Source: Chlorokybus atmophyticus (taxonomy: Eukaryota > Plantae > Mesostigma and Chlorokybus algae). Taken from it: 64,000 nt of DNA. This document shows positions 1 to 12,439 of this stretch, piece after piece (within the stretch, counting starts at the first letter, position 1; every line of letters starts with the position of its first letter). A model generated the notes under the pieces. The model saw only the letters and a program-made list of their open reading frames with translations. It did no database searches and was not told the DNA's origin. Both the position numbers and the translations under genes were made by a program. The DNA is taken from positions 1,163,932-1,227,931 of the forward strand of contig RHPI01002090.1 of NCBI GenBank assembly GCA_009103225.1, read 5' to 3'.

Positions 1-3000
1 AACAGTTAAGGCATAACCTGTGATGCTATTGTCGCACCACCAACCTCAATGTTCTGCCGATGATACGCTTCGAAGTAAACAAGGCTCTGTCTGGCCAGTT
101 TTGTTCGCAGTCCCGGCACTTCAGTGCCACTAAATGCTTCTCCCACTCGGATGAACTGGCACAAGAATGCAAGTCAGAATCGTAGCAGTAATGCTAAGCA
201 TTGCATAGATAAGGTGGCCCAAAAAGAAGCGTACAGACAACTGCAGTCAGGCTTGAACACGTAAGGGCGTAGTAGAGTTGCATGCATGCACGGTTTCTAC
301 AAGATGCATGGCAGACCTTATTAGTCCAGTCCATGATTTGCAAGAAGTGTGCTCCAGTTGTGCCACCCATTGCATCAGCAGACAGCAGCACACCAATACG
401 CCTTGCTGCCAGCTCCCATATCTGCAAGGGCGTATGGATCACGAAGCTGGCATGCAGCCATACTGAATGGAACGTATATGAAGATTTCAGCAGATCAGCG
501 TTGACTGAATGGTGACCAGCATACCGCCTTTCGCCCACGCGTTAGCGACGCCAAAACTGCATTGCAAGTTTCCTGAACTTCATGCGCCATTGCTTCCTTC
601 GGTTTGGTAGCAACGACTAGATTGCTGACATGGTTGACATTGGGGGTTGTTACATCATGCGGGAGACAGCCATTTGTATTGGGCGCGAGCACACGGCTCT
701 CGTGGTACTTGGTCATTGCGTCATAGCTCTTCAGTAGCTCAAACAGGACCTGGTGGAGCAGATTGTGCTGAGCTACATGTCATGTGCACTTGGCACTCAA
801 CCCCGCCATCTACTTGCCTCATAAGTTTTGGCCAGACAGGGACAGAAGAAGTCTCGAGGCAGATGGCCGCACAAATCATTGTAGTTGAGCCTGGGAGGAT
901 TGCCCATAAGGGTCCATGTCAGCGCCAAACGTGGAGAGCACATAATGGCAAAACCAAAGTGCACAGCTATACCTGCTCTTCTTGTATGCTTCTGATTTTG
1001 GGTCTGCAAGTTTGGATGGATCCGCGTTCTGCCATACGACAGCAGCAAGGTCCATACGGTGACCATGCACATGGCCAGGCCAACAGCGGCATGCCTGTGC
1101 ACAAGAGGGAGAGCAAGTACTAACCTGCAAGGCGAATGCCCGCAAGACGTCATGCGTGTCTTGCACAATGCGCTGCTGAAAACAAGTCTGCACCTGTGGT
1201 TGAAACAGCCTGTCAGCCAATGTGCCAACATAGACCATCACCAGCATGCCAGACTGACCTTCTCTGCCAGGCCAATGTGATCCCCTATTGTAACATACAC
1301 ATCGACAACCTGCCAGCACAATGCTGTGAGCAGGCTAGGCAAGTCAACATGCACCACATGCATCGAGGCCAAACAAACAAGGCACCTTCATGTAAGCATG
1401 CGATTCAAACTGGGCGCACAAACCATACAAAGCTACGCCAGCTTTTGCAACAGCTTCATGCACCAAGTCCTGCACAATGCACGTGAAGTTAAGTGTCTGG
1501 AAAAATGCAGTATCAGCAAAGTTTGGTGCTTCGAATAGCCATCGAGAAGTTGGGCTTTACTGGCATGACTGCACATCAAACACACCAACTTGCAAGTTCT
1601 AAACCCAAGGCAACCGGCAGCGATGCAGGCTCCACATTACCTCCAATGAGGCCACGAGGTTCTGCACTGCTGTGACAGCAAAGCCGTCCACAGACGCCAC
1701 ACATTCCATGCACATGCGAACGGCCTGCAACGACATCATGTCACAGGTTGTGCCTCAGCGTATGCAGCACTGCAACTCGCGGGTCAAGCAACAGCACTGG
1801 TCACTTTGCTGGCAATGCACAAAGACGTACCTTGGCATATTTGCCGTCCTCAATAGTCTGCTTCACCGTAGCCTTGAGCTCGCACAGTGCTTTTATTTTG
1901 GCGATGACCTCAAGTATGTTCTGCGAAGATAATGTGGCAAGGTCCGTCAAAGAACCAACTGACAAAGACAAATCAATATTGAAAATAAGAAAATAGTATA
2001 CCAGCAGCACTTGTTTCTTTTGTATGTTCTCAGTAATGCTTAAGTTGCGAGATATCTCCTCCTCTGCTTGTGTCAAGTAGCGGCGACCATTCTGGCAGCC
2101 AGACAGATAACAAGAATGAAAATCTTGCGGGGTATCCACTGACAGTGACCAACTACAACGCCTAGCGGCTACCACAAGTCACCTTGCAAACAATCTGAAT
2201 GCGCTGCAAGTCCCGTTCAACCTGCGAGACCAGCCCCAAGCCCTGCACTGTTTCGTAGATGCATGTTAGTACAGCAGCACGCCATCATCCTAATACAAGC
2301 ACCGAGTTAGCCACACCAGATAAACGTCTACTTGGTGTACGTGCATTCTGCGTACCAAACTCATTGTAGTTGGCCATCACTCGAGCGGAAAGCTCACTAT
2401 TGACGGCATCCAACACCTGCAGATTCTCGCGTACCTGCCCATGAAAAGGCCATTGCATGGGTTGCCAGCAATATGCAACGTTGGTGAATGCCAACAATCA
2501 TGAATTAGTTCTGGAAGCAATGACGCATGAACTACACAAAGACGTTGGCAGTTGCCATATTAGGGCTAATACAATCAGGTGTTGAAACTGTCAAGTTCAC
2601 AGCCAATGCAACGGCGCGCTCCCCTACCCTGTCATCCAGGTACTGCTCGTTCCAGCCGTCAAATGGGACCTTTTCCAGTGTTTGCGTTGTAGGGTCGTAA
2701 TCCTGTAAATAACATCATTTCCAAATTGCTGATGCCCTGGTCAACAGCAATGCGAAAGTTCACAGTTGTTACCTCATTGTAGTACTCTGCAGGCACACAA
2801 ACTAACAGCTCCTCACGTGATTTGGTGGGCCGATGCTCCATTTCGTGCTGAACCCAATCTGGGAACGACTGCATGGCGCGCACAAACACACAATGACAAC
2901 CGGGTGCACCATGACAGACACTGCTGCATCAGCACTAATTTGCAGAATAGCACTCCTTGCGCTATAACTAGGACAGTGTGTGCACTCTAATCAACTCACT

Positions 3001-3232
3001 AAGCAGGTATACGCCTTCAACCTAGCAATGCACTCTGGCAAAGCAAGTGTTTGCCATAAAGCACTGACAGAGGAATTGGGGCAACGACCTGCTTGACTGG
3101 TCAGGCATGCTGGGTGTTGCAGCTTACCCGTGCAGGAGGGGCATCTCGTGACAGGATGCCGGGAAGAAACGCCTTTGCGGCTCCCTTGGTGAAGCGAGCC
3201 ACCATCTTCTTCTTCACCACGCCAAGATTCAT
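1..3232 (-). CDS. VPS50: Syndetin / EARP complex subunit VPS50 (multi-exon; 3' part continues beyond window start)
   Basis: Spliced exons read NLQVLDAVNSELSARVMANYNEF|VQGLGLVSQVERDLQRIQIVCK|NGRRYLTQAEEEISRNL..., RLNYNDLCGHLPRDFF, QIWELAARRIGVLLS..., FIRVGEAFSGTEVPGLRTKLARQSLVYFEAYHRQ. These match remembered plant/animal VPS50 blocks in order. Start ATG 3232 (ACAATG context, in-frame stop upstream, GTAAGC donor at 3127) is my best guess. Confidence 0.85.
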
Positions 3233-3894
3233 TGTGGCCGATCGTCACCAGCAGCATCCGTGTAGACAAGATGTTCAACAATGCCGCCTGCTGTCTACCC
3301 AGTGAAGCAGCATTCCAGGGGCACAAAAAGCTCCTCCCCGCCAGATCGCTCAGCACTACATCAACAATGCAGCACTCTGAACAGCATGACTCTGCATGCC
3401 AAGCCGGCAGCTGGCGATAGAACGCTGACTGGCGACAGGCAAACCTGGCACAGCGTAAGCTACCAGCTTGGGAGGCAGGCAGCTGTGTGAAGCAGCCCTC
3501 ACAGTTACCAAATGGGCAACAAGCTAAGTTGGAAGAAAACAGAGCTACCACTCTGATCCCCCTCTTTTAATAGATGATGTTACCAATGGCACCGCCATAT
3601 GCACGACCACCGCCGCCGATCCCACCAGCCTCGCCGGCAATGCCGCCGCTTGCCTTGCGCCCAAAACGAACACAAACTTCTCAGAGACTGTGCATACCGG
3701 TCGCGCGATATCGAGATGACTGGAGTCGATGTCACCCAAGCTGAGCCGATTTCCAGTGGGATCCAACCCTAAACTCACATCAAGTCAGTGATGTCCACGT
3801 GGCGAGCTGTAGGTAACTTGCCGCCGCCGCCGCCGCCGCCGCCGGGTTTGTGGGGAGTCTGCGAGAAGTGGGAGTGCTGGTACAGCAGGGTAGA

Positions 3895-5682
3895 ATGAGT
3901 CGGCGAGTGACGCAGCCCATAGGGCAGAAGCGGCTGACCAATGTCGCCGTCGTGCGGCTGAAGAAGGCTGGCATGCGCTTTGAGATTGCCGCTTACAAGA
4001 ACAAAGTGCTGTCTTGGAGGCGCAGGATGTAACACGTTTTGACATTGTTTACATGCCTTGGCTTGGCTGCCTGTTGTCTGTTTGATGTTTTGTGTATGTT
4101 TAGAACATTGTCATGCATGGTACAGCGTACAGTGTCGCTGAAATATCACCACCTTCCCATATTGCATGTGCCTGTGTGTATGTGCTTGGGTGTCTCCGGT
4201 GACTCACGCCAAAATTTGTCAGTGAGAAAGACATAGACGAGGTGTTGCAAGTGCACAGCGTATTCTCCAACGTGTCAAAAGGTGTGCTCGCAAAGAAAGA
4301 GGACCTTATCGCTGCTTTTGGCACGGATGATGCTGAGACGATCTGCCTTGAGGTGAGCCCAATCTTCAGCTGTTTGCATATGGCATTGCTCTATAACTTA
4401 TCATTCCTGGGTTGGGTTTTGATTGTTGTGTTGCGTAGCACAGTAGTCTTTGTTAACTTGAACGCGTTCGTTAAATACAGTGTATCTTTTCCTCAGATAT
4501 TGGACAAGGGCGAGTTACAAGTATCCGACAAGGAGCGTCAAAAGCACTTCGAGTCTTTGTTTAGGGACATTGCGTGCATAGTTGCTGAAAAGTGTGTGAA
4601 TCCGGATACGCAGCGGCCATACACTGTCAGCATGATCGAGCGCTGCATGCACGATGTTCACTTCTCTGTTGATCCTGACCACAGTGCGAAGCAGCAGGTG
4701 TGCACCCGTGCCATTCACGCTGTGGCTGCTTCACACAATGGGAGCGCTGCTTGCCTGCTTGAGCTCCGTGCATGTATGTGTGCTTGGAGAGTAAACTTAT
4801 ATCCTTATTTCGCTTTGTGCAAAGGCGCTCAAAGTCATCCGGTTGCTTGAAGAGCACTTCCCCATCAAGCGCGCGTCTATGCGGCTAAGATTGCAAGTCC
4901 CTGCCAGTCAAGGCTCTAAGTTGAAAGATATGTTGAGCGGAGAGCAAACCACAATTGAGCATGAGGATTGGAAAGAGGACTATTCAGTGGTATGCCTTTC
5001 TTGTGTACAGCACTGATCCCATCTATTGGTTTGCATGCAGCCGTGTTTCACCTGATGACATCTTCTGCGTTACTCTGTATGACCACTTGTGAGTGCCACC
5101 GGCTAAGGGGTCCATGGCTGATATGCATCTGTGCAGGTCTGTTTGATGGACCCGGGGATGTTTCGAGCCATCGAGCAGTCAATGCGGCAAGACTTTGCTG
5201 GAACCGGCCGACTGGAGGTCATATCACTTGCTGTGCACACGGAAGGCGTGTCAACGGCGGAATTTGAGAACACCGCCACTCCACAGAGCAGCAGGGCAAT
5301 GCAGGCTTCTACAGCAGCAACGCAGCAAGGCGATGGCGGTGAGCAGCAGCTTGCAGAGCGCCTGCATTCTGGCGCATCAGTCAGCGAGAGGCACGACGAG
5401 AAGACAGGAGCTGCATCGCCAGCGCCAGCGCCTGCTGCTAGTGGTAGTGGACGTGAAGTGCGATGTGGTACTTGCCAAGCTCCTTTCCAGACGGCTGTCG
5501 AGCATCGCGAGCACTTCCGGTCAGAGTGGCATCGGCACAATTTGAAGCGGAAGATGGCCGGACTGCCGCCCATTGCTGAGAGTGATGTAGCCAGTGACAC
5601 GGACATCAAGAAAGAAGTCAGTGACATCGATGACTATTACCGAGCAAGTCGGGATGCGCCGGCAGTTCCTGTCGCAAGGTAA
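3895..5682 (+). CDS. SBDS: Ribosome maturation factor SBDS/Sdo1 with C-terminal C2H2 zinc finger (plant-type)
   Basis: [84 protein letters not shown], then CGTCQAPF...[21 protein letters not shown] introns keep the frame. Confidence 0.97.
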
Positions 5683-6444
5683 TCACAGGTCATTATCGTC
5701 TACATAGACTGTCCTTGTTTGCTGGGTGGTTGCACGGTTTGTTAGTGGCGGATGGTTGGCACAGTTGAAGCTGGTTGCAACTGTTGCCCTGTGTTCAATA
5801 AGCGCTGCAAGAAGTTGAGGGGAATGTAAATTGTAACTACTATCATGACAAATTGAAGCAACCCACTCTGGTAGCAATATATGAAATGCTAGGGGACTTC
5901 GGGTCAGTTGAGATAGTCATGATGTCTTCAAACCTTGCCTCTGACGTGCTAGTCAGTATAGCCTCATTCCCACCTGTCGGGCGTTGTAGGTTAGCACCAT
6001 GAGATTCTTATGCACATTCTCTATCCGGTTCATCCGCATTAGCTACAGCTCCTTGCCGACAGGCTATGTAGCAACAACCAGCATCCAGCAACCTTGCAAG
6101 CCGCCATGCACGCAGGCCAGACGGTGGTATGCAAACAGAACTAGCAGCACGCAGTAATGTCCAACAAAGCACAGGTAGTGTAGTGGTGATGATAGGCGGC
6201 CTGCCTCCGCGCGTGGCAATCTCAACTTGGAGCGTGCAAACCTCGTGGATGAATACAAGTTCTATGCTGACAGTGAGCACGCACATGCACATCCACACAA
6301 CCGCGCACGTTGGTTTGCCTATCAAGTCAACATACTAAAGATATCTTCATTGGCTGCTACACGCTCACTACTTGCGGCTATGCACATTGCACTATCAGCA
6401 CTTGCTACTAAGCAAACAGTGTATGCATATGTGTTCATGGTGAC

Positions 6445-6534
6445 TGTGATTGTGACTGTGTGCGCTGCATATGCCAACATCCATAGTCTGTGATTGTGAC
6501 TGTGTGCGCTGCATATGCCAACATCCATAGTCTG
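6445..6534 (+). repeat. Exact 44-bp tandem duplication
   Basis: TGTGATTGTGACTGTGTGCGCTGCATATGCCAACATCCATAGTC starts at 6445 and again at 6489. Confidence 0.95.
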
Positions 6535-6654
6535 CAAGGTTTTAAGCACACCTTTGGTGTTGTGAGTGTGCTGCAGCCTGACTCATCTTGCAGACTGCGC
6601 AATCCTGCAGCGTTCCTCTGGCTCAGACGCGGCAAACCCAACGAGCAGGACTCC

Positions 6655-6735
6655 AACAACAACGCCACCACCACCACCACCAACAACAACAACAACGACG
6701 ACAACATTAACATTAGCAATGACAACGACAGCGAC
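6655..6735 (+). repeat. Compound (AAC)/(ACC)/(GAC) trinucleotide microsatellite
   Basis: caacaacaacgccaccaccaccaccaccaacaacaacaacaacgacgac... read directly. Confidence 0.9.
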
Positions 6736-8979
6736 GCTGTCCCCTGCTCTTTCTATGCCATCTACGACGCGGTATAAGTAACTCTTATCGCGGTGGCCAG
6801 CGCCTTTGCCGATGAGATGTAAGATAAATCGGTGCACCAATAGGTCAGTAGGTATGTGGCTTTGCGTGTAATGTAATTGCGTGTGATTGTTGTGTTTTGC
6901 CTTGGGATGTGAGCATGATGGTATTGGCAGCCAGTGAACATCTTGTCTACAGGCACAAGTGCGATTGAAGGCAGGCATGTGGAGTGGAGGCTGCGTCAAG
7001 GCGCTGGGATGAATGTGTCTGTGAGTGCGGGAGTGGATGTGCTAGCCCGGAAAAACTGTGCGCATGCGTGTGCGTGCGTGTGTGCAAGTGCGTCCATATG
7101 GGTTGTTTGTCTGTGTGTGTGATGGCAAGTCAAAGACTCAGCTCATCAACCACACAAGTTTGCGTGTAAAGGACAAGAAGAACCTGAGTCAATCATAGAG
7201 CTCACTGTGCAGGGCAGGTTGGGTGCGTGATGCCACTGGCAGTCATCTCCCACTGCCAGCAAAGAGTGCATTTCTCGTGGTGTCTCCTGCCAGGTGTACC
7301 GAACGACAGACTCGCACGGCGAGATGCAAGCGTTCTGGCAGGCCCACTATAAGATAGCGGCTTCGCGCTCGGACCTCTGAGAGAAGTACATGCAGACTTC
7401 GTCACAACAACACATTGTGGTTGGTTAGCTCATGCTGAGTCCAACCTGAAGTGTTTAACAAACAAAAGTAGTAGATGAAAGTATTGATGCTTCTACGCAG
7501 GTACCCCACCACTAGCCTTATGGCAGTGACTCAACTTACCAGCGCCAGCTCATTGAGGCGCTACCTTCAGTTGGCGTGCGGTGCAGCAAGGAAGGTGGCT
7601 GGTTGGTCTGTCCACTGCTGATATACGATAAACCACTGACGTTTGTTACATGGTGTGTGTGCGCGCCTGCAGATGGCAAGCATGACTTCAACGAGCCGCT
7701 AGTGGCATGGGCACTGACATATCCATATGGCGCCACAGGCATGGTCCACGCGCTGGAGGTGAGCCCGCGTGTGTCACACTACACCGCTTGCACACAGCCA
7801 CACATGTGCAAATCTGTGTGGCTGTGTGCAAGCGGTGCAACCATGTGCGCATGCGCCAAGGCACAGAGACACAGAGAGACAGAGAGGCCAGCATGTCTGT
7901 CTCTCTGCGTACAAGAAGACAGTTCCTGTAACTTGCTGTTGGCTACAGCAGCAATTTTCTGCAGTGCATGGATCTATGCATGCAGCCAGTGATGATTTGC
8001 TTGTTACACGCAGTAGTACAGGAGAAAGGGTCTGGCAACAGCAGCGGTCGTGGCACTCGCCAGGCGTGACTCGCCAGCGGCATGTAGCCGTACGTGTGGG
8101 TCCACATCAACAACAACGCCTCCCGCAGAATGTGTTTGCAACTGGTAACAAGCCTGCCAGCGTTACCTGGACCTGTTGCATTGGGTGATGGTATCGAGTA
8201 AGGTGTGCCAACAGCAACGGGAGACTGATGTTTTGTTCGTGGCAGAGGTTTGTGCAGGACGGTTTGCGTCATTGGGTTGACAGCAAGCCCAAGAGCGAGC
8301 CAGCGCCGTCATCATGTTGCCTGGGCTGCTCACCTTTTGGATACACATATGTACACGCTCTCATGTGAACCGAGAACACCACGACAACATCAGCAGTTGG
8401 TTGACGTCTGGCTTTCACAGTATTACAGTAGTACACTGCTGCTGCAGAGATACCAGATACTCAGAGCATCATGTGAGGGAGCTACTTAGCACAGCTACTG
8501 GCGGTGGCTTGTGAAGTAAAGTGATAGCGCTTTCAGCAAGGATGTACATCAAATATAACAGCTTGGCTCTCGACTCAGGTTGCAATGCGCACAAACCTTA
8601 CGGTTGCACCCGCACTGCACATGATGTGCAGCTGGCAAGAGTTTGGAACGGCTCCACTGCAATGTCTTCACAAGTATTTGGTTGATAGCAAGGTTGGTGC
8701 TGGAACAGTTGTGCTTGCAAGTCGGTGGTGGTTGGCTGCGTATTTGCATTGCAAGGTTAAGCGCTCGGGAGCAAAGCAGGAGGCAGGAGGTGTAGCAGTG
8801 AGAAAGTGTACCCGCCACACTTCGACGCAATGAAACCTGCGCACCGTAACCAAAGCTGCCAGCCATCTTGGCAACGACTGCCCAAGCTGCATGGCATGTG
8901 GGCAGTCAGGTTAACAGCCATTAACAAGTGACAATAATGGCATGACAGTCGTCCACAGCAATCAACCCCCCCAAATCTA

Positions 8980-9300
8980 TAATGGTCGCCCTGAGTGGCA
9001 GCTGACATAGTCGCAGTGCTTCAGAGAACACGGTACATGTTGCAATATGCACACTTCAAAGTCGCTCACAATAGAGGCCTTGATTAGCAAAACAAAGGGT
9101 AGACACTACTGGGAGATACAGCCCGACAGAACATTGTCCAAACTGCTGTACACTAAATACAATTTACATACCAGAACGACATACATGACACAAACATGCA
9201 GCACAAGCCCACATTGACACATACCTACTCCCATTTGTCAACCCTGCGTCTGCCTGCGTCTGCCACAAACCAAGTCCGAGAGATGAACAAGCCGCAAGCT
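8980..9300 (+). repeat. Degenerate dispersed repeat, copy 1 (direct copy at ~12440-12775)
   Basis: Shared blocks in the same order: TACATGT(T/C)GCAA(T/C)ATGCACAC, CTGTACACTA..TACAAT, ATGCAGCACAAGCCCACA..ACATACCTACTCCCA(T/C)TTGT..CCCTGCGTCT. Confidence 0.75.
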
Positions 9301-9648
9301 TAAGGAGTTGCAACCATGATGATGAAACCGACAATGGCGCTTTGAGAGAAGCTGGCCAGCAGACCCTTGCAGGCAGCACGCGTCATGTCCGACACTCGCA
9401 GCAAGAAAGCAGCAGCAAGAAAAATGCCCGCCCCACTATAGGGTTGACATCGGACCAAAGGGCTTGGGCGCCACGCTCATATAGCCCTGCACGCAATGAG
9501 TGAGCGATGCTCATCAGTCTGTTACCGTTGCTGGCTATGAACACAGCACCACGATCTGCAATGTTGTTGCGTCAGCACTAAGTTGAAGAAGCAGACTCGC
9601 AAAGCTGCGAGGACGAGTTGGATTGATGACCAGTGCACAAACCCAAGG

Positions 9649-11063
9649 TCACGGCCGGCGCTGTGCCACGCAAAAGCGGATGCCAAGTCGGCTATCATCG
9701 TGGGTGTCCACCACCGTCAGCCGACTGAGTACTATAACCACGCCACCCATTGCCACATTAGAGTGGTTGACGTGTTCCAGCACAAACTTCATCGTATACA
9801 AAGCAATTGCCAATTGTTGTTTCGCCCTAAAAAGTTCTGCACAACAGCAACTAATCATAAGGGTTCGAAGATTACACATGTGGCACATACGCACCTCCAT
9901 AGCTGTTTTTGACTTCGCCCATGATTAGCACTGGGCGTTTATTGCCATCTTGCACCATGCCGCCTTGACAATTAACCTCCAAGCGACCGGAAACATTGAT
10001 GCCCTGTAATTTATATCTCGTGGCCATGAGCCACATGACAGCGTTGAGGGCTGGGCCTTTTGAGTCTGCAAGTGCTGCAGATAAAGATAAAGTCGTTAAC
10101 ATACATAGCAAATAGACACATATCACAAGACATAAAGAGGAGCTTGCTTACCGATAGAGCCCCATCTAAGATAAAACTTAAAGCGCTCATACACCCTATG
10201 TTCGGGTTGATTCAGAAAGGAATGCACAATGGCATGCAGCTGGCCTGAGGCGGTATAAGCATCTGAGTTGTCTCCAAAGCGCATAAAACTCCACATGCGC
10301 TCCACATGTGTCAAAACCCTGCGACGCAACTCAGCTCGCTTCTCTTCTTCTTCCCTTTTTGTGATCTGGACAAGAAACGCCTTGCATGGTAAGGCGCGTC
10401 CTGCATAAAGCAACCAGCTGTGTGCAACTTACGCAAACGTTATATAAACTTTATTGTTGCGTGGTCAAACACCAATTGCATACAGCTTACCTCGGCCTCT
10501 AGCTCGTGGACCAAGGACTTCAATACTTGAGGGGTTTGCTGCATTGCTGGATCGTAGGCGCCTAGAATGTCGTGAACAGTTTGAAGAATAATCCCCTCGC
10601 TATGCAGACTTGCTGCATTACCCCGCACCCCCGTAGACTCGGCCAGCGCCAGCGCATCATCTGTAAAATAAGCCGTAGCCAGGACACCCTCAATAACCAC
10701 CCCATGATCATTGGCTAATTTGCCCAATTGTCCGCCGAGATCCCGCCTCATTTTCCATAATTCTTCTAAGATAATTTTGTTCCCAGGCTCATCCTGCGCA
10801 CCGTTCATGAAATCACAATTGCAGTGTTTACATGGGCGCCTGTTGTTAGACTAGCATGCGCGCACCTGGTCATTCGGGTGGTTCTTGCCAAGCACAACTG
10901 CCGAACGACTTTGTGGGCTTCGATGATACATTCGGCAGATGCTGAAAGATGCTGCCGAAGGTGATGACGAGGATTTCGGAAACAGAAATGTAGACAAAGC
11001 GGAAAGTGATGGCTGGTGAGGATCTGCAACCTGGAGCTTTGCGGCCTGTGCAACACCGCGCAT
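9649..11063 (-). CDS. Five-exon gene (~360 aa): Ser-rich N-terminal extension, charged helical region, C-terminal PD-(D/E)xK restriction-endonuclease-like domain
   Basis: Exons 11063-10866, 10793-10491, ~10365-10152, ~10074-9895 and 9836-9649 join in frame through GTGCGC, GTAAGC, GTAAGC and GTGCGT donors. C-terminus reads GRLEVNCQGG...VLIMGEVKNSYGELFRAKQQLAIALY...AMGGVVIV. Confidence 0.6.
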
Positions 11064-11214
11064 TAACACACTACCATGGCCTATACAACCTATAACGACC
11101 ACTCAGTCAACGTACCAGAACGGCCTGCAAGACGCTGCAAGCTCGAGCACGCATCATTGGCACTGTGTGCACTGCGGTGCGGCCTGAACCCAACACAAAC
11201 AGCGTGAGGAGAGT

Positions 11215-11700
11215 AGGAGACTGTTCCATGCATTTGGGAAAAAAGAAGCAGACTAAGGCGTTAGCAAACAAAGAGATGCGGGACTGGAGAGCAAGGGCGA
11301 ATGGAGGAAGGTTAGTGAGAAAGAGTTAAGCTGCCGAGAGGGCAGCTTCATAGGAGAGGGAGGGAAATGGAGACTACTCCCAGAAAAACGGAGAAAGGCT
11401 TGTTGCTACTACAACTTACTTAGGGTAAAGGGGAGAGGCATAGGGAAACAAACTAGAGAGGAGGGAAGTTATTAAGAAGCAGTCAGGGTGAAGGGGAGAG
11501 GCATAGAGAAACAAGAGAGCATCCAGGGTGAGCGAAAGAATGAGAGGTCATGGAAGAGACAGGGTTAAGCAAGGCTGCAATTGACGCCAGCAGAACGACA
11601 GAGCAAGCGACAACGAGGGAGTAGGCGCTGGAGAAGCAGAGCGACAATTGTTACAGCAAAGCAGTACGAGCATCAGAGACAGGCAGCTGCTAACCGAGTC
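11215..11700 (+). repeat. Strongly purine-skewed tract with degenerate ~60-bp internal repeats
   Basis: The + strand is dominated by A and G. AGGGT(A/G)AAGGGGAGAGGCATAG(G/A)GAAACAA recurs at ~11422 and ~11485. Confidence 0.6.
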
Positions 11701-12439
11701 AAAGGCTTAAGTCTCCAAAGATACCCGCTGGTCCGTCGCCTCCGCTTCTCCCACGCGCCCCGCCCCGCCCCCCACCGCCGCCGCCGCCGTTGTTTGCAAG
11801 CCAAGTCTAAAGGTAATGGGCGCTGTCAATGTTAACGTCATTGCAGCTGCTCTCCTGCTTCTGTAGTGGTTCATCGGCGACGACCGTGCATGGCAACGAC
11901 AGCTACAAGCATTGGCTTGCGCAGGCAGTGGCAATGGCTTACAACACAAGCTCAGAGAGCGCTGGTGCAGCAGCGTGAGAACTTTTCGAGTTGACTCTCA
12001 AGTTGGTTGCTTAAAGCACAGACTTTACGGGTGTAACCTACAATTTTTTGGGGCGGCTTGTGAAGCCGCAGAGGTGCCGCCAGGACTGGAGATATGCAGC
12101 TGGCCAATATGCAGGGGCTCCCGTGCAATGTGTCTGTTACTACATACATACGTTTGCATCTATCAGGATGGGCGCACAGCAGGGCTCGCGCGCACTAGTT
12201 GGTAGTGGTTGGGTGCATACCTGCCCTGCCAGTGCTTGCAGCATTGAACCTCAACAAGCAAGCGGTTAATTATACAGTAAGTGATAGCGTATCAGGCAGC
12301 AAGGGCAGTGCTGCAGTGCATCACTTCTATGGCCGCTAGCCATGTGTTGGTACTCTAAATCAGGGCGATGGCTTGTGCCATGGACGCAGAAAACACTTGC
12401 TCATTATTGTGAGCGGTTCTTGGGGGCGGCGGCCAGATG

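Larger units (their letters stand above)
6200..8210 (+). pseudogene. Unresolved exon-like fragments (possible degenerate or unassembled gene)
   Basis: Segments bounded by splice-like signals give protein-like text (NLERANLVDEYKFYAD|, VYRTTDSHGEMQAFWQAHYK, |DGKHDFNEPLVAWALTYPYGATGMVHALE|). I could not chain them in frame without stops and recognise no family. Confidence 0.25.

Noticed and set aside
4790-4815. ATATCCTT, a U12-type donor-like sequence in an SBDS intron
   Set aside because: It lies inside an ordinary GT-AG intron that already restores QQ|ALKV in frame.
6445-6534. Short direct repeats (also 16868-16960 and 62867-63150) considered as CRISPR-like arrays
   Set aside because: Only two units each, no repeat-spacer series, no cas genes, and a eukaryotic context.
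8100-8210. In-frame TAA inside protein-like text, suggesting the TAR=Gln code of some ulvophytes
   Set aside because: RPS9 (TAG), calnexin (TAG) and SBDS (TAA) end at these codons at expected positions, and no conserved exon contains an internal TAR.
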